Shown piece by piece: positions 34,420-48,478 of a DNA stretch of 64,000 bases. This DNA is from Camelus dromedarius (lineage: Eukaryota), in assembly GCF_036321535.1 (NCBI RefSeq), contig NC_087442.1, positions 1,364,001 through 1,428,000 on the forward strand. The letters run 5' to 3'. Both the position numbers and the translations under genes were made by a program. A model generated the notes under the pieces. That model was given only the letters and a program-made list of their open reading frames with translations, did no database searches and was not told where the DNA came from. Within the stretch, counting starts at the first letter, position 1; each line of letters opens with the position of its first letter.

Positions 34420-34850
34420 TGTTTATGGAACCTCATTGCCTAGAAACTCATGTCTAAACTGTTCACGTGTTATAAGGCCTCTCACAACCTGTCCCACACT
34501 GAATTTACCCCTCTCCCCCTCCCCATTGACTCTGATTCCAGTCAGTCCCACTACTGACTTGCTGTGCTCAGAGACAGCTGGCTGCACTCCTTACCCAGGC
34601 ACATCCAGCGTCTGTCTCCCGCCAGTGCTTCTTACCTGCTTCAGCCACCTGACAGCCTCCTGAAGGCCCAGCTCTGCTATCAGCTGCGTTCACTACCTGT
34701 CTGTGAACCTTGCCTCATTTCTCCTTTAAGCTAAAATAATTAAGCTCCTTTCTCTGCATTTCTCATATTCCCCTTTGTTGGTCTGTCACTGGTGGTGCTT
34801 ATTAAGTTGTTATGATTACATGTTGGTCTTCCCTATCAGGGTGATTCATC
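34420..34850 (+). mobile_element. L2 fragment
   Basis: tataaggcctctcacaacctgtccc...ggcccagctctgct... resembles L2 3' region. Confidence 0.55.
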
Positions 34851-35439
34851 AAGGGGAAAAACTAAGAAATTTCGTAGTAGACATTCTTTTAGTAAATGCT
34901 AAATTTTGAAAGTTTTAAAAAATATTTTCTTTTTAAATTAAATGGGTGTTTTATCTGCTGTATAAATATGAACACACTCAAATGTAATACACACATTGCT
35001 ATTAAATCTTGAAATTTACTCCCCTCTTAAGGAGGTTTTGTGACACTGTATTCATTTAATTTCTTCTTAATCCTCTGGATTTTTTGTTTGTTTGTTTGTC
35101 TCTGTGTTTCCATTTTCTGCCCCCTAAAATAGGCAGATGTTTACAGTTCTGTCCTTGGTCTAAAGTTGCTCTGCTCTGTCTTCCTGACCACCTCTGCCAC
35201 TTGCACATCACTTCTAAATGTCTACTGCTAGAGAGAAGACAGTGAAAACAAACGACAGTGTACTTTAAGTGCCGCAATTCCCTGAGGAACTGAAAACTCA
35301 ACATGCATGCAAAAGCCAAATGACTTCTTTCTCTCCCTCCCCAAGCTTTTCTCCCAAACTTATCTGTTATTAACAAGATCTTTAAGACTTGGTTATCTTT
35401 GCCTCTTTTCTTGTTGCTAACATCCAATAATAATGGTTA

Positions 35440-35680
35440 TTTATTCAGTAATTGAGTGTATGCTGTATGCTTGTGCTAAGTACTTTATTTACACGTATAA
35501 TTTTATTGAATCCTGATGACAAACCCATAAGTTAGGTGATGGTGTTCTTATTTATGGTTGAATTATCTGCGATTCAGGGAGCTCATGTAACTTGTCCAAG
35601 ATCACAGACATGAGAGGATGAGGCCAGGTTTGAACCCAGAGGCTGTTTTCAGAGCCTGGGCTCTGGACCAGTGTGTCCTC
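35440..35680 (-). mobile_element. MIR SINE
   Basis: tgtgctaagtactttatttacacg...gaatcctgatgacaaaccc...aacttgtccaagatcacag...aggtttgaacccag. Confidence 0.75.
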
Positions 35681-37668
35681 CTCCAGAGATATTGAGCCAC
35701 TTCACTGCTGAGTGTACTCTGTACCTTTCCACCTGTATGTTTTGCTTGTCATTTTCTTTGATTGAAATGCCTTTCCTCTTTTTGGTAAATAAAGCTGCAA
35801 GTAAGATGCCACTACCATCAAAAACATTTGCCTAAACGTTTTTCTTCCCAAATAGAAGTTGGGAATCTTTCTGCCTCTGCAACTTTTGTAACATTTTAAC
35901 TTCAGCTTTGACATTGATTGCAATCCTATAGTTATTATTCTTTTGGATTCGTTGTATCTCTCCTGGACACTAGAATATAAGCTGTTTGAGATCAAGGACT
36001 GTGTCTGGCCCATATTCAGGTCCATCAGCCGAGAGTGGCCAAGAGCACAGGCCTGGCCGGCAGGTAACTTTCCTCTGCCGGACCTTTCTTGGCATTTACA
36101 AGGCTGGGTTGAGGGCAGTCTGTGCTTCACAGGGTCTCTGCAGAGACAAGGGGTGATGCACGAAGCCCTGAGCAGGAGCGTCTGTGCGCTCCTCACTCAC
36201 TCGCTCACTCACACCAACACGTCCCTGCGGTGGTGAGTCATTATTGGGCGGTTTGCACAGCAAGAGGAAATCCTTTTGTATGTGTTGGACCTTGAGGAAC
36301 GTAAAAACTGGCAGTTGTGATCCAAACACTAGAAAGTGGTGAGGACACTGATGGGGAAGGAGCTTCGGACCATGGCCCACAAAGGCGAGGTCCCCGCTTT
36401 CCTCCTGCGCGGAGTCTGTCTCGGGCGACTCGGCCCCGCCCCCCGCCCCCAGCCGAGGCTCGCGATGGGCCCTGTTCTCTCCCACGCGGGGCGGCCCTCC
36501 CTGGGGCCCCGCTGGAGGCTTTCTTCCCAGCCCCCCACCCTGCTCACAAGACGGGCCTTGTATGTAATTATTTTTTTGTGTGTTTTTATTTATTCTTATT
36601 CTATTATTTTATTTTGTTTTCAGCTCTAGGTCATAGGAGATTATCAGTATTTGTTGAAATACTGGGAATTATTGGATCACTTTAAATAAATTTTATATAA
36701 ATTCCAAAAATTTGATACCTAATAGGGGTTGCATGAGTGAGACTCCTTTTTCTGAAAATGCCTCATTACGGAGCTGGAAGGATAACATATACAGGGTTTC
36801 CATCCTTCTGTTTTGTCTATCAGTTCCTCACAGTGTGCTGTTTTGCGGAGGATGGGTAGTTCTGGGTTGAATGGTAACAGGACGTTAGTATCAGCTCTGG
36901 GCCCCTTCCACATTTCTTTCCAGGGCTGAAGGATACTTAGGGCTGTCTCACGAAGGACAGCTGTATTGATAAAGCTGGACTTAGACAGGTTTTAGGGTTC
37001 ATCAGTTTTAAAGACAGTGCAGATCGCATTCCATGTAATTGGTTATTGATCGGTGGCTTTTTGGTTGTTTTTTCAGGAGTGTTTGTGTTACAGCAGTGAA
37101 TGGTGTGTATGTCAGCAGACTCTTTCTCCAGGGTTCTTTCTATGGGATGATTTTGGTAATTCCAGTGTTAATATTTCTGGGAACTTTTTAGTATATAAAG
37201 ATGATATAAATGGAAAGTATTGATGGTAGTGATTTAGTTTTTGGATTTCTTATTTTAAACATTCTGCAGGTTAGTATGGATGAGAAACCAGTGTTGGACT
37301 GGGTGATCTGTTCCTTCCAGCTCTAAAATATCGGCTTGGGCATAAAGAGAGATTACTGTATTTAGCTTTTCGGATGTTTAGAATTCATACATTGGTTTGC
37401 CGTTGAGAGAGTTGCAGAGTTCTTTCTTTAACCCTTTGATAGCCTGAAAAAAATCCAATTTGTATGTACGTAGATACTCAGCTTATGATGTATTTAGTTA
37501 TATGCTAAGAAATTTCTACTTAATTTGCAAATAGATTAGTTTGAGCATTTTTATTTCAGATTCCTAGTAACTTGAATGGTTCTCTAAATTATTAGCCAAG
37601 TAGCTTTCAATATTCTCACTATCACTATTTTTGTAATGTATTATTCAGCAGTTGATCTTTAAATTTAG

Positions 37669-37741
37669 ATTCTCGAAGACCTGGATGAACAAATTTATAT
37701 GATTACCCTAGAGGAAGAAGCACTCCAGAGACGACTAAATG
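37669..37741 (+). CDS. LMBR1: LMBR1 coding exon 9, 73 nt
   Basis: atttag|ATTCTCGAA...CTAAATG|gtgcgt; ILEDLDEQIYMITLEEEALQRRLN. Confidence 0.97.
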
Positions 37742-40549
37742 GTGCGTATATGTCTAAATGACCAGGATAAAAATTATTTAATTTAAAAAAGACAGATAAT
37801 TGAGAGGAGAAATACAGGCTTCTCAGTACCTTGTGCTGTTCCATGGGGTCAAGACGTAAGAGTGATATGTAACCTTCCTGGGGGAAGAAAGTTTTGCCGA
37901 GGACCAGTGGCTCTTTGGTAAAGTTCCCGTCTCTCCCTGACTGAAATTAGCTGTAATCTGGCAGCATCAGTTCAGTTCTGAGACACTGGCCACTAAGAAG
38001 TATCCTTCCGTTAGTTTATTTTAGGCATTATTACTTGTAGTTACTGAGGTTTTGCAGATTTGCATGTTATCTTAGTGACTGTATTCTCTCAACTTTATTT
38101 CTCTCCTGAGGTCTCAAATTTATGGTAGAAAGCAGTGTTTCTCTTACACCAAGGTGCCAAGTTAGACTCTGTTGTACTTAGGAACTCTGTTGTTACCTGA
38201 GGGTGCTGTTCATTTTCAGGTGATAACTGAGTAAGCATGTGAAAGATTTTAAAATTTAATTTTTAATTACTGATCATTTTTGGGTTCCAATGGTGAATCA
38301 ATGAAGAAAAGAGTAATGACAGTTTAAATTTAAATTAAATTAAAAGAGAAATGACATAGTAAATTTTTAAACATTTTATATAAGTGATATTTACCCTGCA
38401 CTCTTTTCTCCTACAAACTTTTTTTTTTTAATGTTAAAAACCTACCGTCAAGGTATAAAATGGAAGGTTACTTTAACTCTGAAATATTGAGAAATAGGAA
38501 GAAATATACCTACTTTCTTCAGTTACAAATAGTGAATTTAAATCATCAACCCAAAAGCGTTGATAACATTTAGAGCTTTGTTCTTAGATCAAAGAACTTC
38601 ACATTGTATCTATTCTAGAGAATTCCTGTCAGTTAGTACTGTACACGTTGATGCTAGTAACTTTTAGACTGGAACTGCATGTATCTTTTATCTTTCTAGC
38701 TTTATGAAAGCTACTTTAACATCTAAATATCTAAACCTATTTAATTTAGGAATTAAAAATTTAATCAATATTGTCAGCTTTATAATACTTCATTAAAGTA
38801 GCAAATATTACAACGAATGTGTCATATTTAAGTAATCATGCTGTTGTGTGATAAACATACCTGAATCATAGAGAATAGGTGTCCGGCTGCCTCCTGCAGA
38901 GGGGGTAATGCTTCAGCCTAGGTGTATACTCTTCCATCTTACAGCCAGGAGGCTGCCGTCTAGGAAGGGTAAAATATAGTGCCCTATGAATTAAAGACTT
39001 TCAATGAAGTCTCATCAAGACAGACCCCAAAATACAGCCTTTTCTCACTTTGCCCTTCCACAGTGGGACAAAAGTCCCTCCAGAATCTTTCTAGGTCCTC
39101 TGGCTCCTCAAATCAAAAGTGATTTGTTGTATCTAAAGAAATTGAAGAGGAAATACTTGCCAGAAGTCTAAAGTATCATAAAATGAGGCCAAGCCAAAGT
39201 AAACAAAACACCCCGACTAGCACAGAAATGTGGTTTGGAGAGGATTAAGGATGGCATGATAACTGGCGCTGAGTGTCATTTTATTTCCTGCCGTTCTGGT
39301 GAGCCGTGCTGCTCTGGTAGCACCATGGGCTGGTCCGCGTGCAAAATGATAGGCTTGTCACATAAAGGCTCCCACGGCCAACGGAACATTCTGACTAATG
39401 CAGACTAGGACTGTGAGCTTCAGCAGAGGACATTTATCAGTGTGTGCAGAGGGGGTACAAGCTGGGACAAAGCAGTGCTGTGTGGCTTGCTGTTTTTTAA
39501 GGAAGTGTAAATCATGGGGGGTTAGTAATGGAAATCATCCCCTGGGTTTTATTTCATTGAGTATTTTGTCCACTATGTTTTGCTGTAACAGTTATTTTAT
39601 ATTTTACATTATTTTTTGAAATGCAGTTTGAATTTTTTTACTCTGGGCTATTAAAAAAATTGCAGACTGACTAGAATGAAAGATTTTTTTTTTTTTTAAA
39701 TGCAGATGATAGCGGTGATTTACTCCGGAATGTGTGGTGGTGTTTTGCTGATGGTACATGATGGTACAGGGAGTGAGCTTTCTTGGTCCGTGTGGGCTGT
39801 GACGCCTGTCACGTGACTCTCTGGAGGCATCTGCACGGTCTGCTCTGAGCCCAGCTCTGCAGTTATCTGGAAATCATGGCACTGCATACGAAGAGGTGCT
39901 TTGCTGGAGGAGTAACACTGCTTTTTTCCTGGAAGATGAGACGGCTTGTGGTAGTTCCCGTATTGCTGGAGTTGCGTTGTCACGCCTGGTGTTTGAGCTG
40001 TCAGTGTAGCTTTCGGTGGAGTCCTGCCTGTGACTTCTCCATTGTTCCTGGCTGATACTTAATGGTGCTGGAGGGTTTGTTCTCGTTAATATTACTGTTA
40101 TTTCATGAAGTACAGTAACGAAATAAAGCTCGCCTGCATGCTGTTACAGTGTAAGGCAGTGTCCTCAAGAAGCCATTGTGTTACCAGTCTGCTCCACTCT
40201 TTCTTCTCCCTTTTCTGTTTGCTGCACATCTTCTTCTAAGCACCAGCCATCGTGTAGTTGAGTTTAGAACCTGAGTCTCAAGATCATAGACAAGTTAACT
40301 GAAGAAGAGGAAGAGAAAGGATGAGAATCTGTGGAGATTGTATCCAGCACTGAAAGACTTGAAGAAAAGCACTAGAGGGAAGGAGCTGAACGTGTTCCTG
40401 GAGCGGGAGGGAGCCCGAGCCCTGCGTCCGGTTGAGACCACCAGTCCCTGGCGCTCACATCACCGTGGCAGGAGTCAGGTGACGTCCCCAGAGCTCCCTG
40501 CCCCCTCCCGCCCCAGCACTTGAGCCTCTCAGGAATAATGGCTTCATTT

Positions 40550-43500
40550 TGCCCTCTTCCCCTTTCGACAGCCAGCTGAGGAGCCCAGAATACCCAGGTC
40601 TTTGCATCGTGGGCTCTCTGTTCCCCGTGTCCCAATTCTGGCCCAGTTTCCCACTGAAGAACCTTGGTTCTCCCAGCACCCCTGGCTCTTCTGGAACCAC
40701 CACCACCCCACCCCACCCCCGCCCACCTTGGATAGGAGCTCTGTTTTCCCTCATCCCTTTCTACTCCTCCTGGAGTTTGGGTGGGGTCCTCTTGTTCTCT
40801 TTCAGGCACATTGAATCTCCTGTCTTTAGACCTTGACCTGATGGATTTCTTATCCCCTTTCCAGTTCCTGTCCCCTACAGGCTCTTCCTGCTCCTTCGTG
40901 GGGGATGTGGTTTTACGTCCGCATTTGTGATCATCCTCTCTGCTGCAACACCTGTCGAAGTTCTCAGTGGTTTCAGGGTCCCTGTGGTGACCTGGCAGTC
41001 TGGGGAGCTCGCTGACCTCTCCTGGTGATCTCCCCCAGCTGTTACTGCTGGGGCTGTAGCTCAGGCCTCATCATTAGCAGCAACTTGAGTTCTGCATAAT
41101 CTCAGATCAGTCATCCCCCTCTCCATCTCTGATTTTTCCCGCTCACTCCCCGCAGCTCTTCAGTATTGAGACTTAACGTGCCATTTGTTTATCCTAATAA
41201 CTTTTCACTGCCTTTCCTCTTGCATTTCCTTCATACTCTTGCTTCGTCACACTTTAAATTCCTGGGCCGGTGTTACCGTCTGTCCCTTGCGTGCACTCCC
41301 GGTCCCTTTCCCTCTCACCGTACTGCCCTCGTGCCTGGCCACGCTCACCCAGCCTTGCTTGTATCCAACCCTGGGCGTCCCCTGCACTCACCTCTGTCCA
41401 GCCACCTGACCATGACTGCCCGGCCTCGCTTGACATGTGTGACCTACATTCTCCTGGATGTCTGTTAGAGCTTCTCTTTTCTCGAACCTTCTTCACTGTC
41501 ACTCTCAGCTGATAGCTTTGCTTCCTGTTTTCTTAAGAAAATAGAAGCAATTATGACAAAGATGTTCTCAAGCTTTTTCCTTTGTGTTGATTCACCTCCA
41601 TGCAGCTGCCCCTGCTTGGGCTGCCTTTTCTCCTTAACCTCTGGCTGGACTGTCCCTGCTTCTGGTTGAGGTCCCCTCCCCTGCCACACTGGGTTCTGTC
41701 CCTTCTCACCAGTTCCACGACAGACCTTCAGCCATTCTACCATCTCTCATGGAGAATCACTTCTCACCTGCTGGATCCCTTCCGTCAGCTAGAGAAGTAC
41801 AGTGAGTCTTCTCAACAGAATGAAAGTATGAAGGAAAGAGAGGAAGGAAGGCGGGGTCGACGAAAAACTAATCAGCTGATCTAAGAAAGAAATGGAAAGT
41901 TTTATTCCAACAAAATTGCGACTTATAACCTGGGAATAGCCTCTCGGGTAGCTCCGAGGACCACTCCTCCCATTAGAGGTCAAAGCACAGTTATATACAT
42001 TTTTGAGACAGAGGGCTGTACGTTAAATGAGGTATTATTGACAGTTCATACATCCCAGACCTACGGAGTGAGTAGTGGTTAGTGGGTCATCGTGGCCCCT
42101 TACCAGGTTAGGAAGGAGGGTTATCTCCTGCGGAGCTGTCTTATTGGTGCCAAGAGGGTGTTGCTGTTTACAGCTGAGCAGGTGTTTCTGTCGATGGGGA
42201 GGTTTGGTCGGTGTGCAGCGTGGATGCACGGTGCCCGGTGAGGGGGGAGAGGAGGCCTGAGGACAGAGAGAACTTTCAGGTTAAAACTTTCCTTGACTTG
42301 CCTTAGATGACACATCTTCGTTTCATCCAAAGGAAGGAAAACGAGTCAGTCTGTCCTGACCACCTACCAGCTTGCTGCCTCATTGCTTCCTCCCTTTAGA
42401 GCAGAACCCACCAGGGTTGTACTCTCGCTGGTGTCCTTTCTGTGCTTCGCTTTGGCTTTGAGCTCGTCCTTGCCTCCGTGACTCTCCCGAGATACTGTCA
42501 TCAGGTTGGCCGTGACCTCATAGTCCTCATCTACACTCCTTTCCCCTTGAGATATTTGTATTCCGCTTGGTTTTCAGTTCACTGCACTTCCTTTGTCCTT
42601 CTGCTGGGCGGGTTGCTCCTTCTCAGTCCGCTTGGCTGGCTTTTCTCCGTGCCCACTGCTTCTTCACACTGGCACGCCTCGTGCCTCCTCCGGTTCTGTC
42701 TTCTGGCTGCTCAGCTGTAGCCACCACCCATGTACTGCCACCCTCCCGCCGTCTGCCGCGCTCCTGCTGGCGTGTCTAGTCAGCACCTAGAATGGATCTC
42801 GTCCCGAATCCACTCATCCTGCTGCTGTGTCAGGGGCCCCATCCTGCGTCCCTTTTGGCGGCAGACTCATTCTTCCAGTGCTCAGGCCGATGCCTTTGAG
42901 TCTCTTTCTCTTAATTCCTGTGTGGATTTCTTCAGCCAGGCTGCTGGCTTTAGCTCCTGAGTATCTCCAGCATCTGACCATTCCTCCCCACTTGAACTGT
43001 CACCACTCTGGTCTGAGTAACAGTCACCTCTTGGTTAGATTTTGTAGTTTCCTGTTGGCCTCCATGCATCTGTCTTTGGTCTTGAAAGTCAGAGAGAGCA
43101 CTTGAACATGTGAGTCAGACCTGACTTGTTTGCTCAGTATCCTCCAGTGGCGTCCTGTTTCCACAAGAACAAAAGCCGGGGTCCTTCCAGCGGCTCCCCT
43201 CTGTGCCTCCTGCACGTCTGACTTCCTCCCCTGCAGGCTCCTTGCTGTTCTCCCCTCACGCGCCTGTCCTGCCTCTGCCTCCTGCCTTCAGGTCCTCACC
43301 CGCCGGTCCCCTCCTCAGCGGGTTGTCCCTGGGGCTGTGATTTAACACTGAAGGCCCACCTCACCCGGCACTTGCCCCCCTGGTTCCTGCTTTATTATTT
43401 CCACTCGCTGACATACTGTTTCACTTTTCATGTATTGCCCACCTTTCCACCTCGAACAGGAATGCTGCAGGGCAGGGATTGTTGCTTGTTTTCTTCCTGA

Positions 43501-43570
43501 TCCTCTGACGTTGCTAGGCACACGGTGGGTTGGTAGTAAGCATTTGTTGCGTGTGTAAATGGTTGGATAA
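40550..43570 (+). mobile_element. Long degenerate L2 with 3' end, interrupted by an LTR-like insertion
   Basis: C/T-rich L2 ORF2-like sequence (ctgtcaccactctggtctgag...; cagtggcgtcctgtttccacaagaacaaaagcc); terminus gcagggcagggattgttgcttg...gcatttgttg...aaatgg. Confidence 0.75.
41850..42312 (-). mobile_element. Solo LTR-like element (ERV1-class), antisense to LMBR1
   Basis: Minus strand starts TGTC (42312), has TATA-like GTATATAAC (~41990) and AATAAA (~41900) near its 3' end; ~460 bp; interrupts L2; family not determined. Confidence 0.6.
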
Positions 43571-46500
43571 AAAACCATGCACAGTGGAGAGCTGTCGTTT
43601 TACCATCGACTGAAGAAGGAAGGAGTAAAATTTGGTGATAGGATCAAAGACAGTCGCGTGGAAAGAGTATTTAGGAAAGCCCAGCAGAGACCTCTGGAGT
43701 CGAGCCAGGGTTGAGGGGCTGGAGGGCTGTGTGTGCTGGGTGGTGGAGAAGCAGAAGTCTGGTGATTTCCCCTGTTGTTAAGCCATGAAGTATGAGCAAT
43801 CACGAGCCACTTCTGCTCCAGGACCCCCGAAGACTAGCCCAGCAGGAAGTCCCATTGCATTAATCGTGGTAGGAAATCTTTCGTGATTCCTCCCCAGGAT
43901 TAAGATGCATATATCATTAGCGTGTTTAAATGTCTAGGTGGTGCAACAGCATTAACTGAAATAATTAGCTTTCGTGTGTGTATAGCCTATGGCTGTACTG
44001 GGTAACTTTAGAAGTGCCATAATGAATAGGAATTATTTTTTGTTGTTTAAGTTCAAAACCCTCACAGTTCTTTTAATGTAATTTATTTAAAAATATTACA
44101 GCCTTTGAACTTAATGATTCAATTCAGTTTTGGTGGGTCCTGTTTTCATCTTCACACAAGAAGTTAGTCTATCGCTTTTGGCAGCAGTTACTTCCCTGCT
44201 TCATTCTAATGTTTTTTAAAGCTTTTCTGTTGCAGTTTGTAGAATTCTTTATTCTTAAGAGCACGGAAGATGGACTTGTTTCATTTTTGCTGCGTGCCCG
44301 TTGCAACACCTTTGTATTCTGAAAGGTAAAGGATTGAAGTAAACAACACATCCCACTTTTCCATGGAGCTTAGTGACCTGCCCGAAGCGTTCTGTCGCCA
44401 TCAGTCCTTGAGTCTTGCTGTTTGTAACCAAGCTCAGATTGCCAGGCAGCCCTATGGTGATGCCACGTTTAGGGCGGCACCCTGCTGTGCTGGTCTTGGC
44501 GGGGTGGCATCCTGTCAGAGGATTCCCGTCGTCCCGGGCAGGGCGATTAGCTGCGTGGTTGCTTTCGCGTAGTAACACCCTGAACAGCGTAACGGAGCTC
44601 GCGTTGGTTTTTATCTTACGTCCCCTGCGTTGCTTTCATCTTGACTTTGCCTAGGCATTTTCCCGTAGTCTAGCAACGGTTATTCTAAGAATACGATTTA
44701 CTGTTGGTTATGTCACTAACGTGAGGCCGTCTCAGATTTGTCAGACTCTGGGCCACTTTGAGAAACGTTTGGGCTTGGACAGGCCGAAGGTGGAAGCAAG
44801 TGTCAGCTATCATCAAGAACATGCATAGCCAAGACGGTCGGCACTGCACGACTCTTTTCTTGGCAGCACTGTGACAGAAGAAGGTATTTGGTGATATCTT
44901 AACATCATGAGCTAGCAGAAAAGAATATGAATTCTACTGGTAACAGTGATGAAGTGATTTCTTCTAATAAGATACCAACAAGGTGTGAGAGACACCTTGT
45001 TACAATTTATTCAGCTTCTTGGGCCATATAATCACTTTTATGACTATAAAATGTGGCCCAAATAATGAGAAGATGAAGAGAGGAAATGAGGTGACTGAAG
45101 AGATACAAGCTAATATGCAGTATTAGTAGGTAAGGAATACTTACGAATAACAAACTGTAGACTACAGATCAGGTGTCATATGTTCTCTGAAATTTGGAGG
45201 GAGAGATTGCTCTGTGTAGATGATCCAGGTTTGTTAGCAGAAGGTGAGTTTAATGCATATGTGTTACTTGTGCAGCCACACACCTGTGGATGAAGGTGTC
45301 CCCGAGAGTAGAATCATAACATCTTATCTACCTTAAAATCTACCAATAACTTACAGCTAAAGTAGAAAAAAAAGGCCAAACCATTACTTTAGTTACATAC
45401 AGCTTCATGTGCTGTTTCTAAAGCTGACTGTGTAGTATTCCCTGTCTTGCTTGTGGTCAATTATAATGAGTGTATTTTGCATTTTCAAATTTGTCTTGGA
45501 TAGCAAAAGCCTCATATTCCTTCGTTCTGTGACTACCCACGTCTTTGTGGATCTGTCAGAAGTAAACAGGAACTATTAGTGTAACAACTGTCGGCATTGC
45601 GATGGGGCAGAAACAGAACTGAGTTCCTGAGCTTGTGGGCTGTCTGTCTCCTCCGCAGACAGCAGCAGTGTTTGTTCACACCCGGGTGGGTGCTTTAGAG
45701 ATTTCGTGTGCGGGCTTCAGCCTTGAGAAGCTCCCTGGGCTCCGTCTAGCCGTCAGTGGCTTCATGGTGACTGGCGCTTGCTTGGAGGGTGGGGACTGTC
45801 CATCCTGTGAATTGTTAGGGGTCTTGAGCTTTAGTGACCGGATTGTTTGCCTGAGTGGCTAGAGATGATTACGGGCACTTGCCTGACCTCACATTCTCGA
45901 TGACAGAGATAGCTTTGGTCAATTTAAAGTAGCAAGTGTAATCAGAATTTTAAAGAATTACTTAGATAATAGGTTTTCAAATCAGCTTTCTCTTAGCTAT
46001 GTGCTAAATTTAAAAATTAAGTGAAAACACACTGTTTATACTAGAGGTATCTATTTCCCACCAGTCTTCATTGAGACTAAGTTGAGGACACTGAGTTGTT
46101 TAGGGAGATTGTTTTATTGCTTAATGTTACTTGAATTGTTTGTATACCCAGTTGGAGATTTGTATTTGTTTTTCAAAATACAACATTATATATTTTATGC
46201 TGAATGATTAGTGTCTGCCCTTTAAGGTATGAATGAACGTCAGTCCTATGTATTAAGAGAAGGCGTAAGGACGGCCTGATTATTAAAGAAGTGCTGGGCT
46301 CTGGGGAATCTTGGAAGCAAAGTATTTTCAATTCCAAACTAGTTTTTCAGCTTAAGTATAAAGCTGGGAAAAGTTGCCTTCAGCTACTAGTTTTCCTGAA
46401 TCCGAAGAGGCGGGTGGGGCAGGATCAAAAATGCTCATTTGATCAAAGTTATTGGCTCTGAAGGGGCTCTTACCTGTGTGAGAAAGATGAAAGGTGTTGT

Positions 46501-48478
46501 TTTTATTGCATGCTAGTAACAGGGTGATTCTGAACTAATTGGTGGTGAACTGCCAATCACCTAAGGGGAATGCAAATAGATACTCTTACAGTTTCCTTTG
46601 AGGTAGTGAAATCTTATGTCGAGGCTGGAAGGAAAACGGAATAATACCGTTAAATTGACCTTAAATGAGCTGCTTTGTGGTTTTCTTGGAGAATCCCTTT
46701 TTCTTTTTCATGACTAGCCCAAACAGGTTTTGTCTGCCAATTTGACTTATTGACTAGACAATGCTGACTTGAACATTTTAGATTCATTTCGAAATAAAGT
46801 AATGATGATACTGTTCTTCAGGATGTTTTTGATGATTCTGTAGGTGCAACTTAAATTTGTGTGGCATTCCAGCATTTGTTTGCAGTGTGTCATGATTCCT
46901 TACAGTGGCCATCATTTGCTTCCAGCCGTGTATAGTGGAATATTCTGCCCAGACAAGCTTACTTTTCTCACTTAGGTGATGAGATACATAGTAAAGGATG
47001 GTGGTGTCTTTGAAAATTGTGTTATTCCAGATGAATCTAGTCCTTTAATAAAAGCATGATTTCTTTGAGGACAATAAGAATGTAGTCTTGATTTCAGTGC
47101 AAGTCAGGCAGTGTTTATTAGCTGCCTGTTGTGTGCCTAGCACTGTGTCACCACAAAATAAAATACAGCATTTCAGAAATACCACCTTAGTTATTCCCCT
47201 TTGGAAAGTAACACATTGATTGGTCTAGACACCCCTGTTGAGCTTTGTAAACATCACGCTTCCAAGGCGGGCATTTGTGTCTTTTCACTTAGGTGTGAGT
47301 TCGCAGCAGCAGTTCTGTCTACTCTGGTTCCCTTTCAAAATTCGGAATGTTCATCAGATTACTTTTTCTAGCAGTGAACTGGTTACTGGGATAATCCTTT
47401 TCTTTACAAGTGTAGAGAATGAAATGTACTTTGGAATTTTATTTGAAATTTATCAGATATAGAAGTTAAATGCATTAACTAAAAATACACATCATATAAT
47501 TTATAAAGAAATAGGATAAAAAGTAAAATATATTTATCTCTAAGACTGTTACATTCAAAGACACTTGAAAATCTTACAAAGCTATGCCATCTTACAGTAA
47601 ATCTCTTTGTTATGCAGAAATAACCTATTAATTCCCTTTTGGGGAATGTTTCCCTTTTTGCTTTGGCTGCTAGAAACTTTAAACTAAATTTGTAATCAAA
47701 GTTTAGTAGTTTGGGGTCATGCTACCTGAATACCTCTGTACTATCTTTAACCCCATTCTCTTATATATTATATGTTGACAAATAAAATGATGTAACTCAC
47801 AAGCTCTGGAGATAGCATGTAACATTTCAGTGCTTTTAAGACCCCGGGTTCTCCAGAAGAGAGCGTGCTGGATTTCTCTCTCTTTACTGGTGGACAGAGA
47901 GGAAAGGAAATGTAGAGGGGGCAGAACTTACCTTCCGTAGCAACCTGGGGCAGGACTGGAGTTCTGTGATTCCAGAAGAGGGCTTAGGGAAAAATGGCCT
48001 CTGACTGAACCCCTTATTGCATGTGCACCCTGCTGCCTTGTGCTGTTGGCCTGAATCCCCCTGGGCCTCTCTCCCTTGGAGAAAGGAGCACTGCTTGCAT
48101 CTCGAGAGACACCAGAGCACTGAGTCCTCTTCCTCCTGAGTCAGTGCTCCTGGCCAGTTCATCGCTAGTCCCCAAGAGAGGAAATTGCTGGGCCCTCCAG
48201 ATGTTTGTCACTGTGTGAGGGACTGTCTGCTCTCAGTAGGTGTGAAAGGAACAGTAGCAGCAGATAAAGGTGCCACTCACTTAAGACTGAATGATGAAGG
48301 CGGAGCATCTCGGATGTGTGATTCCTACTGAAGTTAATAAATGGGAGAGACAAATAGGAGTTTGTACTTAGCCCCCAAAAGTAATACAGATTTTCGAAGA
48401 GATCGAATTAGAGCAGAAAAAAGACTGCCTAGAATATGGGAAAAGTAAAATTTGGTAGACAAAAGATGAAATAGTCCT

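Noticed and set aside
38888-38906. CTCF-like CCTGCAGAGGGGGTA in intron 9
   Set aside because: Lacks the near-invariant C of the GGC core
43369-43387. Minus-strand CTCF-like GGAACCAGGGGGCAAG as the mouse i9 orthologue
   Set aside because: 5' half poor, lies within L2 and points away from SHH; no convincing i9 motif found by eye
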